Shown here: piece by piece, positions 35,710-48,759 of the stretch
Layout of the letters: each line of letters starts with the position of its first letter
Position numbering within the stretch: position 1 is the stretch's first letter
Assembly (NCBI RefSeq): GCF_001194135.2
Contig: NC_068996.1
Span: 55,055,301-55,119,300, forward strand
From: Octopus bimaculoides
Taxonomy: Eukaryota
DNA length: 64,000 bases
Direction: 5' to 3'
The notes under the pieces: model-generated
The model's database searches: none
Told to the model about the DNA's origin: nothing
Seen by the model: the letters and a program-made list of their open reading frames with translations, nothing else
Program-made: the position numbers and the translations under genes

Positions 35710-36581
35710 CAAAATGGAAAGCAAGCAAATACAATTTTCTAAAGTTTAGATGAAAAAAATTAGAGTTTAAATAGAGGTTCCATATACAAACATTGAAATA
35801 ACAGGATTTGAAAAGGAAGTGTTTTGGTTATGTACCAAATAATACCATGTTGCCGTACCTCCAGAGTGATGTCTTGATAATTCATCCCCCACCCAGTAAA
35901 AGGGAAATAGGAAGACCTTAAAGGGTGTGTCTGACTAACATCAGAGAATGGGTAGGAAGGAAGATGGTGGAGAAGTTGGCTATTTTGACTAGAAAAGAAG
36001 GCTTTGACAAAGTTGGTGTCATTTATTGAGTACGTTGTCATTGCCACCAACATCATCATTGTTGTCGCCATCAACCGTGGTCTTAATTTCTCTAAACTTT
36101 AGAAAAGAGATATGATGGCCATGGCTGGAATGTGTAGATCACAGTTCAGCTTGCATAGAGTTGATTTGGGGTTAAATAACATTAACAACTCACTTCATCT
36201 TTCTTTTCTCTTTACCAAAAAATTACATTACAGTCCTTCCTTCCTTGCTGCTAATTGCTGTTCCACCTGTGACCATCCCATTTTATATCCAGACACATTG
36301 TATCTAAGATTACATTATCCAACATGTTCTTCCTTATTTCAAAAGTATGGGGTGTGATTCGATTGTTGGTCATTTAGAGATTCCCTCATTGGCTCACAAT
36401 GTGAATTATTATTTTTGGAGGTAAAGTCATTATAATAGCAGTTGAAGAGAAAATTTCATGGAGAGATTATAAAACTAAGGATGAAGTTGGAAGAATGGTA
36501 AAGGGAGAAAAAAATTTATTACACAATAAGGAAAGAAAAAGAAAAATATTTTGGTCAGGATTGAAAAAAAAAAAAAAAAAA

Positions 36582-36591
36582 NNNNNNNNNN
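36582..36591. other. Assembly gap inside poly-A
   Basis: 10 N between A runs. Confidence 1.
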
Positions 36592-36669
36592 AAAAAAAAA
36601 AAAAAAAAAAAATTCAGAAACTTTTAATAGAATACAAAATAAGTGGGGAAAAAGGAAAATAAAACCAAA

Positions 36670-38560
36670 AATTATGTGCATGGATAATGTCAAGAATTGG
36701 ACAGACTTATATCATCGATGTGCATATAAGGACAGCACAATGTTCTCATTCTGGTCAACAATGTAATTAACATCCTTGATCAATCCAGTTCAAGTGGTAT
36801 GAAAGTACTGTTTCAGAAAGGTTTGGATCTACAGGTAAATAGATCCTTGCTAAACCTGGTCGGTAACTCACTCATCCTAGACATCAATAGTAGGAAGAAT
36901 GATGGTGGTGCTTTCTGACTAGTGACCATGTACATCTTAACAGAAGCAGAGTAGCTGGTGCTCATTATTGTTTGTAAATGTCCACAGATATTATGTGAGA
37001 GTCACTGACAGGAGACAGGGTGTGGACACCCGAACAATCAGTTCCAACTGTCTAACAGATATTGTCTAAATTTCCATAATACTCCAAAATAGACTTGGAC
37101 AAATTACAGCAGCAGGTTATTTTTGAGTAGTTTGCTGTATGGACAACAAATTTGTGATATATACAGTCAATGAAGATCAGGTATTGGAAGCTAACATGCC
37201 TTTCCTTGTAGAGAATGGCAAATCTACAATTAGATATTTGACAGACTGCAATGAGAGCATGTTATCTGATTCCAGATAAATGCAAGTGGTTTTCTAGAAG
37301 TGGTTTGCAGAAATTTTTGTCAGAGATGATGATTTCAATGACTACCTGGACAGTCTACTATGACTCTTGATTAGGTTCTCAGAGTACAGTGAAAAACTGA
37401 TTTCATTGTGTATGTTGAGCCTCTATTCAAAGTATGAACAGTTGGAATTGAATAGTCTGCCAATGAGCTTCATGTCATTTTGCTACTGTGTCGGTAGCTG
37501 TCTGCTGTAGATGGCAGTTGGTCAAAAGCATTCTGAGTCACATGAGCCAGAGAATGGTGATGCAGCCAAGGAAGGAGCCAAACAAGGTATCATAATTAAC
37601 AACTTCTGGCCCATGACTGCTATATGTAGAGTTGAAGATTTTGACAATGATTCTTGACAAGAGGTTGGTGTATGCTGTCAGTAGTGCAGATAAAGATGCA
37701 AACTTATACATTCCTTGTCATTGGAACAGTTAGTTTTGGTCCCATTTTCAGAAATTGAATGGCTATAAAGTATTGCAGCATTGTTCTTTGATCAAGCAAA
37801 ATGGTCACATCTTAGAACCATTTTGTATTATGCAGTCTGTACATCAAAGATTTTCCCTCTCCCATCGACATTATGTTTTGGTGCTAGAATTATTGTTTTG
37901 GAAGCAGGGAACTTTGAAAGGAAGCATTCTTGAACTAGGGCATAGGAGAGCTGTATCTAAATAAGCGGATAATGTCAGCCACATCAGAAATCAAGAAAAT
38001 CAGCAATATGCTAGAGGAACATTACAAAGTTGTAATGATATATATTAATGAAGAGATTGGTGTTGCATCTTGACAGCTAAAGAAACAAGCACATATTAGC
38101 AAGAGGTAGCTTCTGCTACTGGACTGAAATTCTGGTTAAGGTGCTCATGGCTGATTCGAGCCATACCCCTAGGTGGAGAAACCTTAAAAAGTGGTGGTAA
38201 GCAAGGTGGCTAGTCTCATTCAGGAATTGGTTCAGAGGATGTTCTGTGAAAGATTGGGTGGAAGTAGCAGATGTCTGTATAACCTTGGTGCTTTGTTACC
38301 ATTGATCCATCACGTCTTGTACCATAAATACCATAAAACACTTGACAGAATGAGTCTGCATCCTTTTTTTGTCTTTTGTAGAAGGGACAGGTTTTACTGG
38401 TCAGGAGAACCATCTGCTACACACACTAATTCCATTGCAGGGAAGGGGAGGGTCTCTGAATGCCATCATTGATTTTGGGAAAGCATGCACTAAGGCTGAT
38501 GTATCTGCAGAGATACCTGGGATCACTGCACCAATAATGGTAAGCAGATATGGACACCTT
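36670..38560 (+). mobile_element. Degenerate Tx1/L1-like LINE ORF2 (endonuclease plus RT)
   Basis: QKGLDLQVNRSLLNLVGNSLILDIN (APE region); NFWPMTAIC/LKILTMILDKRL (RT1); HQRFSLSHRHYVLVLELL (RQGCPLSP.LYVL.LEPL); SK*ADNV (YADD). Confidence 0.65.
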
Positions 38561-39054
38561 TCTATAGTTTATCTCCTTGATCAAGCTACACTTTTGTACA
38601 TGTGTATGTCCCTTCTATCTTTTAATTATTATAAATCTTCTACTGAGGAGGGAGCCGGTTTCCAACAAAGAGACAAGGTTCCATCCTTGGAATGTAGCTA
38701 ACACAGACAAATTCACATTTGGAACTTGAGAAAAATCTTGCATATTTTTACTGTTCCACTCACAGATTACTCTTGTAACGTACAAATTAGCCGGTCGATT
38801 TCTCTTACTGAAAATCCTAGTTTATCCAGATTCTCCTTTAAGCCTAACAAAATCTAGTGCTCCAATTATTATTATTGGTATGAATATAAATTCATAGTCT
38901 AGATATAGAAGCAGTTGTTCATAGACATCCTCTTTTTCTTTGATTTTCAAAGAGATATTTATATCTGTAGGGCAGCTGACCTCTATGATGGTACATAACT
39001 TTGCCCCTTTGCCCCAAACAACAATATCCAGCCTGTTATGTTTACATTTGACAA

Positions 39055-39077
39055 AAGTATGTATGTATGTGTGTGTG

Positions 39078-39115
<38 letters not shown>

Positions 39116-39445
39116 TTATATTTGTATGTATTCTGCATATTCATATTTGTTTGCCCATGTTTGTGTTTGTATGTATGTATGTGTATTTGTGTGCATACTT
39201 CTGTCTCCTTTTGTGTGTGTGTGTTTATGTGTATTGGTTTGTGTGACTATGTATCCGTGTCTCCATGTGTCCTTGTGTGTGTGTGTGTGTGTGTGCATGT
39301 GTGTATATGGTCATGTGTTTCTGTTTCCTTTTGCATACGTGTGTGTGTGTGTGAGCTTGTCTGTCTGTATTACCTATATACCTATCCATCTACTTGCCTA
39401 TCTGTTTATTTACATATTCATTTACCTACCTATATATATATATAT
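39055..39445. repeat. Compound (TG)n/(TA)n microsatellite region
   Basis: Direct observation of interrupted dinucleotide runs. Confidence 0.9.
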
Positions 39446-39595
39446 AGTCAGAAAGCACCACCATCATTCTTCCTGCTGTTGATGAGTGAGTTACCGACCA
39501 GATTTAGCAAGGATCTATTTACCTGTAGATCCAAACCTTTCTGAAACAGTACTTTCATACCACTTCAATTGGATTAACCAAGGATGTTAATTACA
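39445..39595 (-). repeat. Inverted duplicate of 36762-36921
   Basis: Reverse complement aligns with about 7 substitutions, one 1-bp indel and one 8-bp indel (hand alignment). Confidence 0.9.
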
Positions 39596-39699
39596 AGGGT
39601 GTTAATTACAAGTATATATATATATATATTTGCCTACATAACAGCCTACTAACAAATCTGTGTATGTATATACAGTGGGTATTGGAGTATCACTACTTT

Positions 39700-40440
39700 T
39701 TATGTGTATCTCCTATTTAGTACAGGAGATGTTTCATTTATGAGGATGTACTCCTGTATTTATCTGAGTGTTGGGTCCTTCAGGTGCTTGGATAAAATGC
39801 AGATGTCAAGTTGATCCAGTGTGTCTCCATGTTGGTAGAGTATGGAGGACTGTATATTCATTTAGTCTTTCCACAATGCTTCCAGATGTCTCACCAATGT
39901 ATGTCATGTTGTTGTCTTTACAAGCACCCTCTATGCACCTTATGCTGTGGATTACATTTCTAGTTCTAAAGGTAAAGGGTTAATCTTACATATCATGTAG
40001 TTCTCATTAGTGCATATGGTATTCTCAAAGAGGTACGTCCTACATAATTGTGATATGATGGCGCTCCCTGGCTTTTCAACGATCTTAATGTTGAGTTTGG
40101 TCACCTTCAGAACTTTCCTAAATCTATGGGCTAGTTCCCCATGGGCTGTGGCCTCTACAAACATCACTCTTTGATATTTGTCAGCCTTGTACCATGTGTT
40201 CACCCCGTTTGTTTTGTCACAAACACTCTGTATCCTATTCCAGTCTTTACCTCTGTATCTACGGCAGGCACCACTGGTTTCATTACATATAATGCTATCT
40301 AACTTCGTTCTATCTCCCCTGTATACAATAAGATTGATATGGCTAAATGAACCTTTTCTGAATATGTGATTGTAAACAGGAAGCAAGAAATAGGAACAGG
40401 GGGTGAGGGCACTCTTGATGTCTTTATAATAGGTTAATTG
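39700..40440 (-). mobile_element. Penelope-like element C-terminal fragment (GIY-YIG endonuclease)
   Basis: ORF ...VMFVEATAHGELAHRFRKVLKVTKLNIKIVEKPGSAIISQL..., continuing by frameshift into NVIHSIRC...TYIGETSGSIVERLNE...KDPTLR*IQEYILINETSPVLN. Confidence 0.8.
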
Positions 40441-40471
40441 AAGTCTTTGTATGGGATTTTCCCTCTGACGA

Positions 40472-40533
40472 TACCTGGTTGATCCTGCCAGTAGTCATAT
40501 ACTTGTCTCAAAGCTTAAGTCATGCAAGTGTAA
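40472..40533 (+). pseudogene. 62-nt fragment of the 5' end of 18S rRNA
   Basis: TACCTGGTTGATCCTGCCAGTAGTCATATACTTGTCTCAAAGCTTAAGTCATGCAAGTGTAA matches the universal eukaryotic 18S 5' end with a few mismatches; no further rDNA follows. Confidence 0.92.
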
Positions 40534-42229
40534 CCCTAACCCCTCTCATCTTTTGAATCTGATACCGGACAAAGATTCTGGATTATTTTCCCTGTTATTT
40601 TACTTAATTTTTGAGAGTGGTCGGGTTCATTTTTAGTATACTCGTTAGTGAGAGCAGTCAAGTTTATTTCAGATATTCTCATTTTAAAAATCATTTCTGG
40701 CTAATCATTGAGAAGACGTTGGTGTTGCCTTGACAGAGGTTTGTGCTCTCTGTGTGGTCTTGTTATATTTGCTTTCTTTTTACTTAATATAAACCTCCCA
40801 TTATATTTTACTTAGCCCTTGTACTGTATCCACTGTCTTTGGCCCTTGTAGCTAATAAACTATTATTATTATTATTATTATTATTGAACTAACAGAATCA
40901 TTGGCAACCGGGGTGAAATGCTTCATGATAATTCATTGATCTTTGCATTCTGGATTCAAATGTTGCTGGGGTTGACTTTGCTTTTCATCCTTTAAGTATC
41001 AGTAGCGCACTTGGGGGGGGGGGGATCAACTTGCCAGCCCCATCCACCCACCTACCCCAAAATTGCTGGCCTTGTACCAAAATTTGAAACAGCTATTTCA
41101 TTATTATTATTATTATTATTGCTGTTGTTAAATATTAAAATGGTAAGCTGTTAGGATCGTTAGTGCATCAGACAAAGTGTTTAACAGCACTTCTTCAGGC
41201 TCTATGTTCTGAGTTCAAATTCTGCTGAGATTGATAATACAAGTATGTTGAGCACTGGGGTCAGTATAATCAACTAACCCCTTCCTCCTAAAATTGATAG
41301 CCCTGTGCCTAAATTTGAAACCAGCAGCAGCAGTAGTAGTAGTAGTAGTAATAGACTTGTAATTTGGTGAGAGTGGATATATTCAGAGTTTCTCCATGGA
41401 GGCTTGGATTACCATCTTCATACTTAAAGGGAAAATGTTGCTGTCAGATAATTTTAAAACAATTTGAAATAACACAGTGTTGTTACCCTGTTTACTTTGG
41501 GGTGAAAAAGAAACAAGGTTATTTTTGGATATTTTAGATTTTGTAAACACTCACTCATTGTTAATTGGTTACTGGCTTCTTTTGCTGGGGTAACAGCGAG
41601 AAGTACTGATAAATAAGAAAGCGGCAGCAGTCATACTCCCAAGGAATAAATTTGTAAAAGCGTAAATACAGAATTAAAACAAAAAAACCAGACTAACAGA
41701 AGATAAAACAAGAAAGTGAACATGGGACAAGCGGATGTCACAAACTTGCAAAAATTTCCAAACAACAAAAATAATAATTGACTACTTCTGCTACTAATCA
41801 AAATAATAATAATAATAATAAAAACAACAACAACAAGGATTAAAGCAATGAACACATCTGTCATGGAATGTTATTACAAATAAAAATATATTGGTGTAAG
41901 CAAACAAAATAATTATCTAGGATCCGGGGCACCTCGTTGTTATTAATCCAAAATAAGTGGGGTTTTGTTTTTACACCATCCTATATCAATTGTCTATGTA
42001 TCTGCTGTCTGTAATATTTGCAATATTTCTTTTTTTTTTTTTTTAATTTAAAATCTTTCATTCCAGTGATAGAAACTGTTTTGAACCAGGAATTGAAACT
42101 TCGTCAATGTTTCTATTTACATTGATATAAAAGCATTAATTTTCAAACTCGCACCCTTCTTCCAAAGATTCAGTAGAATTATGTCATTTCAAATTGTTCC
42201 AGCTACGTGTCTGCTATTTGAAACCACTA

Positions 42230-43979
42230 CTATTTGGTCTGTTATTATATTTACTCATTTTTGAATGTTATTTTTTGAGTTAACCTGTTGATGATGAAGG
42301 GAAGCACATAAGAGGATATAGAAAGAGAATGCAGGACATTTGGAAGGAGATGCAGGGGTTAGATATTATGGGACAGGGACTCTGTGACCAGGCAAGGACC
42401 ATAAGGAAGAAAGGATGGCTAACAGTGTTAGAGTTTGATGAGATTTAGAAGAGGGTAACGGTTGAAAACATGAGTGAAGTTGAAATGGCAGAAAGAATGT
42501 TGACAAGGTTGTGCTCAATAAATGTGCTTAGGAGGATTGTACTGGTTTAGGTCTTGAGAATATGGAAGGACTGAGTGATGAGAACAGAGGAATGATCGAC
42601 GGAATCTCTAGTATCATTGAGAAAAATCTGGACAAGGAAGTAAAAGGATTCAGGAAATGGATAGAATTTTGCTCAGGGGATGAACTCAGAAGGTGAATAA
42701 GATATTGAAAAAAATTAAGATAAATATTATAAACTGGAACAAATAGATTGATTAAAGCTTGTGTCACCTACACAGGAAAGAAAGTAGGCCTCAAGACAAA
42801 CCATAAAAGAGGAAATGTAGAAGAAAGCCTTGGAGGAAAAGAAGAATAAAGCAATCAATGAACAAACTATGAGTAGATATCAACATTTTGGAAAGAAAGA
42901 AATCAAGATGAAATCAAGAGGAAGGAGAAATATCAGGAACTAGAATGTAGGTATAGGATAAAAAAAGGTGGTTAAATGTAGTCCTTAAAGAACTGAAACA
43001 AAGACTGCTGGCTAAAGTAACAAAGATCAAGAAATATGACCAAAGAGTTGAATAATTTAAAATCAACAGATTGTTCCAACAGGATCAGACAAAGGTTTAT
43101 CAGAAGCTGAATGGAAAGGTTAAAAGCAGTGAGAAAGCAGATGCTGGAGAAAGTAGGAGGTTTTGGAGTAACATCTTGGATAATAGAAGAAAGGGTAAGA
43201 AAGATGCTGAATGGTTGAAGGAATTGGAAAAATATGAAATGAAACAGCAATATAAAAATAACAACTGAAATGGGGACCAAGCAGACAACAAAGATCCCAA
43301 ACCGAAAATGCCCACAGCCAGATGGCACACAAGGCTGAAAAATTTCTCAGCATTACACAAACCGGTAGCTGTGCAAATGGATAAACTGATCAACAATGGG
43401 GTGGAAATTCCAAAGTGTTTGACCACAGGTAAAATGGTTCTTTGCCAAAAGGATCCCAGTAAAGGTAATACAATGGATAATTACTGGCCTATCTCCTGTC
43501 TACCCTTGATGTGGAAGTTGATGACAGAAATAATGTCTAATTGTGGAAAGGAATGACAGACTGCCAGTGGAACACAAGGGACGCAGGAGGAAAAACCAAG
43601 GGACAAAAGATCAACTTCTGACAAATAGAATAGTGCTGAATAACTGCAAGAAAAGATGTACTAATCTGGGTATGGCATGGATCAATTGAAGAAAGTGAAT
43701 GACATGGTTCCCCATTCTTGGATTTTAGAAAGTCTTGAGCTGGTAAAAGAGTCTGATAACATTCAAAATTTTATCAGGAGATTAATGAAGAACTGGAATA
43801 CAGAGTCAACATCATGTGAAGAATTTTTGGTGAGGGTTAACATCAAGAGAGGCATATTTCCAAGAGATAACCATTCACCATTGCTGTTTGTGATTTGTAT
43901 GATACCCGTCACACAGATACTGCAGAATGTGACATTGGGGAACACCTTGAAAAATGGCGTAAAGTTAAATTACCTTTAA
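42230..43979 (+). mobile_element. R4/Dong-clade non-LTR element A, N-terminal domain plus RT (degenerate)
   Basis: RGYRKRMQDIW...LCDQARTIRKKGWL; FQQDQTKVYQKL; NYWPISCLPLMWKL; KRGIFPRDNHSPLLFVICMIP...GVKLNYL; stops just before the (Y/F)MDD motif. Confidence 0.85.
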
Positions 43980-44071
43980 TATACTACTGGTTGCTGTATG
44001 CTCTCACACAATTAACCGGAGCAAGTGAGATTGAGAGCTCTGAGAAGTAAAATAATAATAATAATAATAAT
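43980..44071 (+). mobile_element. Short 3'UTR-like insert ending in (TAA)n
   Basis: About 68 nt of non-ORF sequence followed by (AAT)n at 44048-44071; identity as an R4 3'UTR is inferred. Confidence 0.4.
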
Positions 44072-45053
44072 AAGCATGGAAAACCTCTCAATGGCAAATA
44101 CCCAAAGAGAGCGAATAATGCAGATATTGACAAAGCCCTTACCCATCAATGGCTAATGGCCTCTGGCTTGAAATCAGAAACAGAGGGGTTTATCATAGCA
44201 GCCCAAGATCAATGCCTACCTACAAAGAACTACCAGGCCAACATATTAAAGAATGGCAGCTCCCCATTATGTTGTATATGCCAACAACAAAATGAAACCA
44301 TCGATCATTTTGTCTCCATGTGCAGTCTGCTTGCGCCTACAGAGTATCTCAACAGGCATGATAGAGCTGCACAATATATTCACTGGGTAATATGCAAAAA
44401 CCTGGACTTGCCCCATGATAAAAACTGGTGGGAACACAAACCACCCCCAGTACTTGAAAATGATCACATCGCACTCCTCTGGAACTTCACCATTCAAACT
44501 GACAGAAAGATAGATGCAAATAGGCCAGACATCATACTGAAAGACTTCAGACAAAAATCATGCCTCCTCATTGATATGACTGTCCCAATCGATATAAACG
44601 TATCTGTCAAAACCTACCAAAAACTGAGCAAATATAAAGATCTTGAAATAGAAATTAGCAAAATGTGGAACCTGAAGACTAAAACAATACCTATTGTCAT
44701 AAGTGTCCTGGGAATGACAGCGAAATGGGCTGATTACTACCTAGCTCAGATACCAGGAAACCCCAAAATGGCTGAAGTTCAAAAGATAGTGCTCATGGGA
44801 ACTGCCCATATCCTACGTAAAATACTGTCTATGTGATCTCAAATTTTAAAGCAAACACATAATTTTCTTATGGTTTCTTAAACATTCTCTGGAACAACAC
44901 TATGTACAAATTCAAATATATGGTACCCTAGGCATATCACCTACATGAACTTCTAACTTGTTGTATCTTGAGGTCTCTGGGTGGACTTGGATCCAACTTA
45001 TACAAATGCAAAACAAAAGTCAAACATAAAATAATAATAATAATAATAATAAA
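44072..45053 (+). mobile_element. R4/Dong element B, 5'-truncated with open C-terminal ORF (CCHC knuckle plus PD-(D/E)XK endonuclease)
   Basis: ORF to 44836: KSETEGFIIAAQDQ, CCIC...ETIDHFVSMC, RHD, NRPDIILKD...LIDMTVP...KLSKY; 3'UTR and (TAA)n tail at 45030-45053. Confidence 0.92.
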
Positions 45054-46290
45054 TAAACGGATGGAATAAGATTGAAGCTATCAACACCTGGGCGGTTTCA
45101 CCCCTTAGATATGGAGCAGGGTAATTGCATGGACAGTAGACAAACTAAACAGCTTAGACAGAAAGACAAGGAAGGTGCTGACTAGATATGGGATACTCCA
45201 CCCAAAAAGTGAGACAGACAGACTGTATATACCAAGAAAAATAGGGAAAAGAGGATTGATTGGATGCGAACACAGCATTGGAGCAGAAGAAAACAACATG
45301 GACAAAATGTCACAGAACTGCTATTACTAGAAGTAAGAAGGTCAGGTTTGTGTAGGATGAAAGATTGCAAAGATAAAGCACTGTACAAGAAATTGAAAAC
45401 GAACGAAACTGAAAATAGGTGGGTAAAGAAGAGTGCATGGTCAATTTCATAGGGATGTTGAAGATAAGACAGAGAAAAAAGATGGCTGTGGATGACTAAA
45501 AGTGATTTAGAACTGGAATTGGGGGCTCTAATCTGTGCTGCCCAAGAGCAAGCAACAAAATAGACAGCACATCAGAAAGTGATAAGTACAGAATCTGTGG
45601 ACAAAACAGTGAAATCTTATGGCATGTTACCAGTCAATGTACGCCACTAGCCCAGAAAGAATATAAGAGATGCCATGACAATATAGCCAGGCTTGTCCAT
45701 TGGACACTTTGCAACAAGTATGGACTTGACAGAGCAAAAAATTGGTATGACCACAAACCAGAAGGTATCATCGAAAATGATAATGCAAAGATCCTATGGG
45801 ATTTTATGATTCAGTACAACCATGAGATAGAGAATGGGAAACCAGACATAGTGTTAATTGAGAAAGAAAGCAAACGATGCTGGATCATAGATATAGCATG
45901 CCCAGCTGACAACAAGGTATGCGATAAGGAAGAAAGAAAAGTCGAGAGATATGACAGGTTAGCTTGGGAAGTTAAGCAGTTGTGGTCGATGAAAAAGGTA
46001 GCAGTAGTACCAATAATTGTCAGAGCCCTGAGAACAGTGAGCAAAAATCTCGAGAAGTACGTGGAACAAATAGGGACTGCAATAAGGGTGGAGCACTTGC
46101 AGAAAACAGCACTGCTTGGAACCGCTCGAATACTCCGGATGGTGCTCAAAAAATAAGGGGTGTTACCTTAGTTCACTGGTAGTGAACAGCTGACACTGTA
46201 GTACATCTCCAGCGTTAGAAGCTGTGCAAAGGCGATGATAATAGTAATAATAATAATACTACTACTACTACTAATAATAATAATAATATT
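45054..46290 (+). mobile_element. R4/Dong element A, resumed C-terminal part
   Basis: NGWNKIEAINTWAVSPLRYG...LHPKSETDRLYIPRK; then KPDIVLIEK...IIDIACPAD...KVERY...TALLGTARILR*; (TAA/TAC)n tail. Confidence 0.88.
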
Positions 46291-46599
46291 GTAGGGTTCT
46301 TGAAGCATGACCAGCAAACAAGTATCACCTTAGTCTGGTGGCTGTAGACAGCTGACACTTTCCATCATACCCAGCAAAATAAGCTGTGAGTTTACATCAA
46401 ATAGTAATAATATGATTTGCTAGAGTAGTGAACCACAAAGAATCTCTAGAGATTGAACAAAGGTTAAAAAAACCCCCCATAAAATGACATGGCAGGGGTG
46501 TGTTGCAAGGGTAAATACCTTGTAGTCTGAGTAATATATACAAAAAATGGTAAAATGCAGGGGACTTTCATATACCCTTAAAAGTAGGAAATTCTGACC

Positions 46600-47700
46600 A
46601 ATGTGGTTTCAAGTGAAAGGGGCAGAGCATATCTGACTGTATGCCTGGTCTCCTAGACCAAAGACAAGGTGAAGTGACATACTCAGTTGATCTCCCACAC
46701 ACCTGTCCACAGGCTTGTGCTGTGACACAAGGGTCACAAATAGGGATACAGGTAGTGACATCAACCTTTAGGTCATCATCACCTTTCTGGCTCAGACTGG
46801 ACAGGTGGTGAATGTCAAGGAGACTAAAAAGGATATGTGACCAAAAGAGATCTGAATGGATAAAGAAATCCTAAATAACTGTGAAGACCATAAAGATATA
46901 TTGGAGCTGTGCCTCAAGGTACAGAAAGAAAAGCAATGTGACTGATGTTAGAGGGCAGAAAGCTCAGGTCTTTAGCTGTGGCAGTAAAGGGCCACTCAAA
47001 AGCTGGAAAAGAGGAGGAGAGTGATGGTCAGCAGCAGAACCAACAGAAAGTTCCAGAAGCTGCCACTTCTGAAGAAAGCCAAAAAGCTCAACTTCTCAAT
47101 TCCAGGAACCAATGACTGTGGAGCCAAAGATCCTTCCCAGTAGAACCAGCTTTTTGTCTTGCAATGAAGAGGAGATAAATAAGGAATAGGGGTGTTAAAA
47201 TAATTGAATCGGTGAAAGGACTCCCCCCTCCACCACATACATACATAGCTAAAAGGGGAAGGTGGGAATGAATTCCAAGATGGAGCCCACCCCACAAGTG
47301 TTTTAAATCTACTTCATAAAGCAAATGAAGAGCTGATAGATAAATTAAATAGCTAACAAAAACATTTAGGAAAAGAGAAAGTGTAGATTTGCATAGAAAA
47401 GGAGTTCTGATGATATGGAGCAGATGAGAAAGAGGCTGCTTATGAAAACAACTTTTGTAGGCTGTGCAAAAGAGTGAAACAGAGGAGCAGGTGGTCTCTT
47501 ACCTGTTAGTTGACCTATGCAAACTTTCTGGACAATTGGTGTACTGTTTCTTCTTGATTAGTAATGGGAAAATGATGATTAGAATGGTGGATTATCCTGA
47601 TCTGACTCAGGAAGTTGTGTGTTTTCCTTTAGATCGTCTTTTCAATGTCTCAATGTTTTGGGTAATTATTAAGAAAGAAAACGTAGGACAATTGTTTTCC
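46600..47700 (+). mobile_element. Possible Tx1-type LINE ORF1 remnant
   Basis: Higher GC, purine-rich; degenerate knuckle GRKAQVFSCGSKGPLKS near 46955-47005. Confidence 0.25.
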
Positions 47701-47959
47701 AGTAATTACCTGAAAAAAAGCACCCAACTCACTCTGTAAGAGTGGTTGACATTAAGAAGGGCACCCAGCCAAAGACGACACTGGAACTTGATGCAGCCCA
47801 GCAGCCTGCCGGTTCCCTGTCCAACAGCATAGAAATCAGACATTAAATGATGATGATGATGATAAGGACACACACATAAACATTGTATGACAGTTTTACT
47901 CGTTTCTCATTTCTATAAAACTCTATTTTATTTATCCTCAAACATTTTGTAACATCACT

Positions 47960-48238
47960 AGTGCTGCCTGACTGGCTCCCGTGCTGGTGGCATGTAAAAA
48001 GCACCATTCAGTCCTGGTTGATGCCAGTACCACCTGGCTGGCCCTCATGCCGGTGGCACATAAAAAGCACCCACTACACTTTCAGAGTGGTTGGTGATAG
48101 GCAGGGCATCCAGCTGTAAAAACATTACCAGATCAGATTAGAACATGGTGCAGCCTTCTGGCTTGCCAGTCCTCAGTCAAACCATCCAACCCATGCTAGC
48201 ATGGAAAACGGACGTTAAACGACGACGAGATGATGATG
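47960..48238 (+). mobile_element. RTE-LINE 3' end
   Basis: Same 3'UTR family with ggacgttaaacgacgacgagatgatg tail; a shorter copy lies at 47710-47865. Confidence 0.8.
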
Positions 48239-48759
48239 AATGTATATGTCCAATTTAACATAGTAAGGTTTCTTGCTGTATTACCTTACTTAAAGCAGGT
48301 CAAACAACTACACAGTGGTTTACCTGTGTAGTTGTTCAAAGTAAAGGTGGTGGTTGTTTAATTGGAGGTCAGTGCTGTTTGAACACATCTATGATGAAAA
48401 TGTTTCAGCTATGATCTCCTGTTTCTTTGTACTTTGGAGACTATATTTCTGGTATATCTTCTATTTATGTGTGACTGAAAAAGATTTGGTTGTTGTTTTC
48501 AGCAAGACAGGTAACCATGCTGAAGCTGCCCTGTTGAACATCTAGACCAGCTGACATACATTAATAATACCTTACATGTGAAACAATATAGTTAAGCAAC
48601 AATTTAGCAGACAGACAGACTAGTTGATACTCTCCTTTGCTGGAAAACTATTCTCTTCTCATATTCTATTGAATTTTTTTTTAGAAAGAAGTGGAAAAGT
48701 GGTTAATGTAAGTTGTGATGTGAAGTATGAATGGTTTAAGTGGTGGCAGTGTTTCAGTT

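Noticed and set aside
38940-39544. 168-aa and 180-aa ORFs
   Set aside because: Stop-free reading of (TG)n/(TA)n microsatellites.
40472-40533. Functional 18S rRNA gene
   Set aside because: Only 62 nt match; no downstream 18S, ITS or 28S sequence.
42972-46149. Several 100+ aa ORFs on the - strand
   Set aside because: Antisense shadows of the R4/Dong coding sequence.
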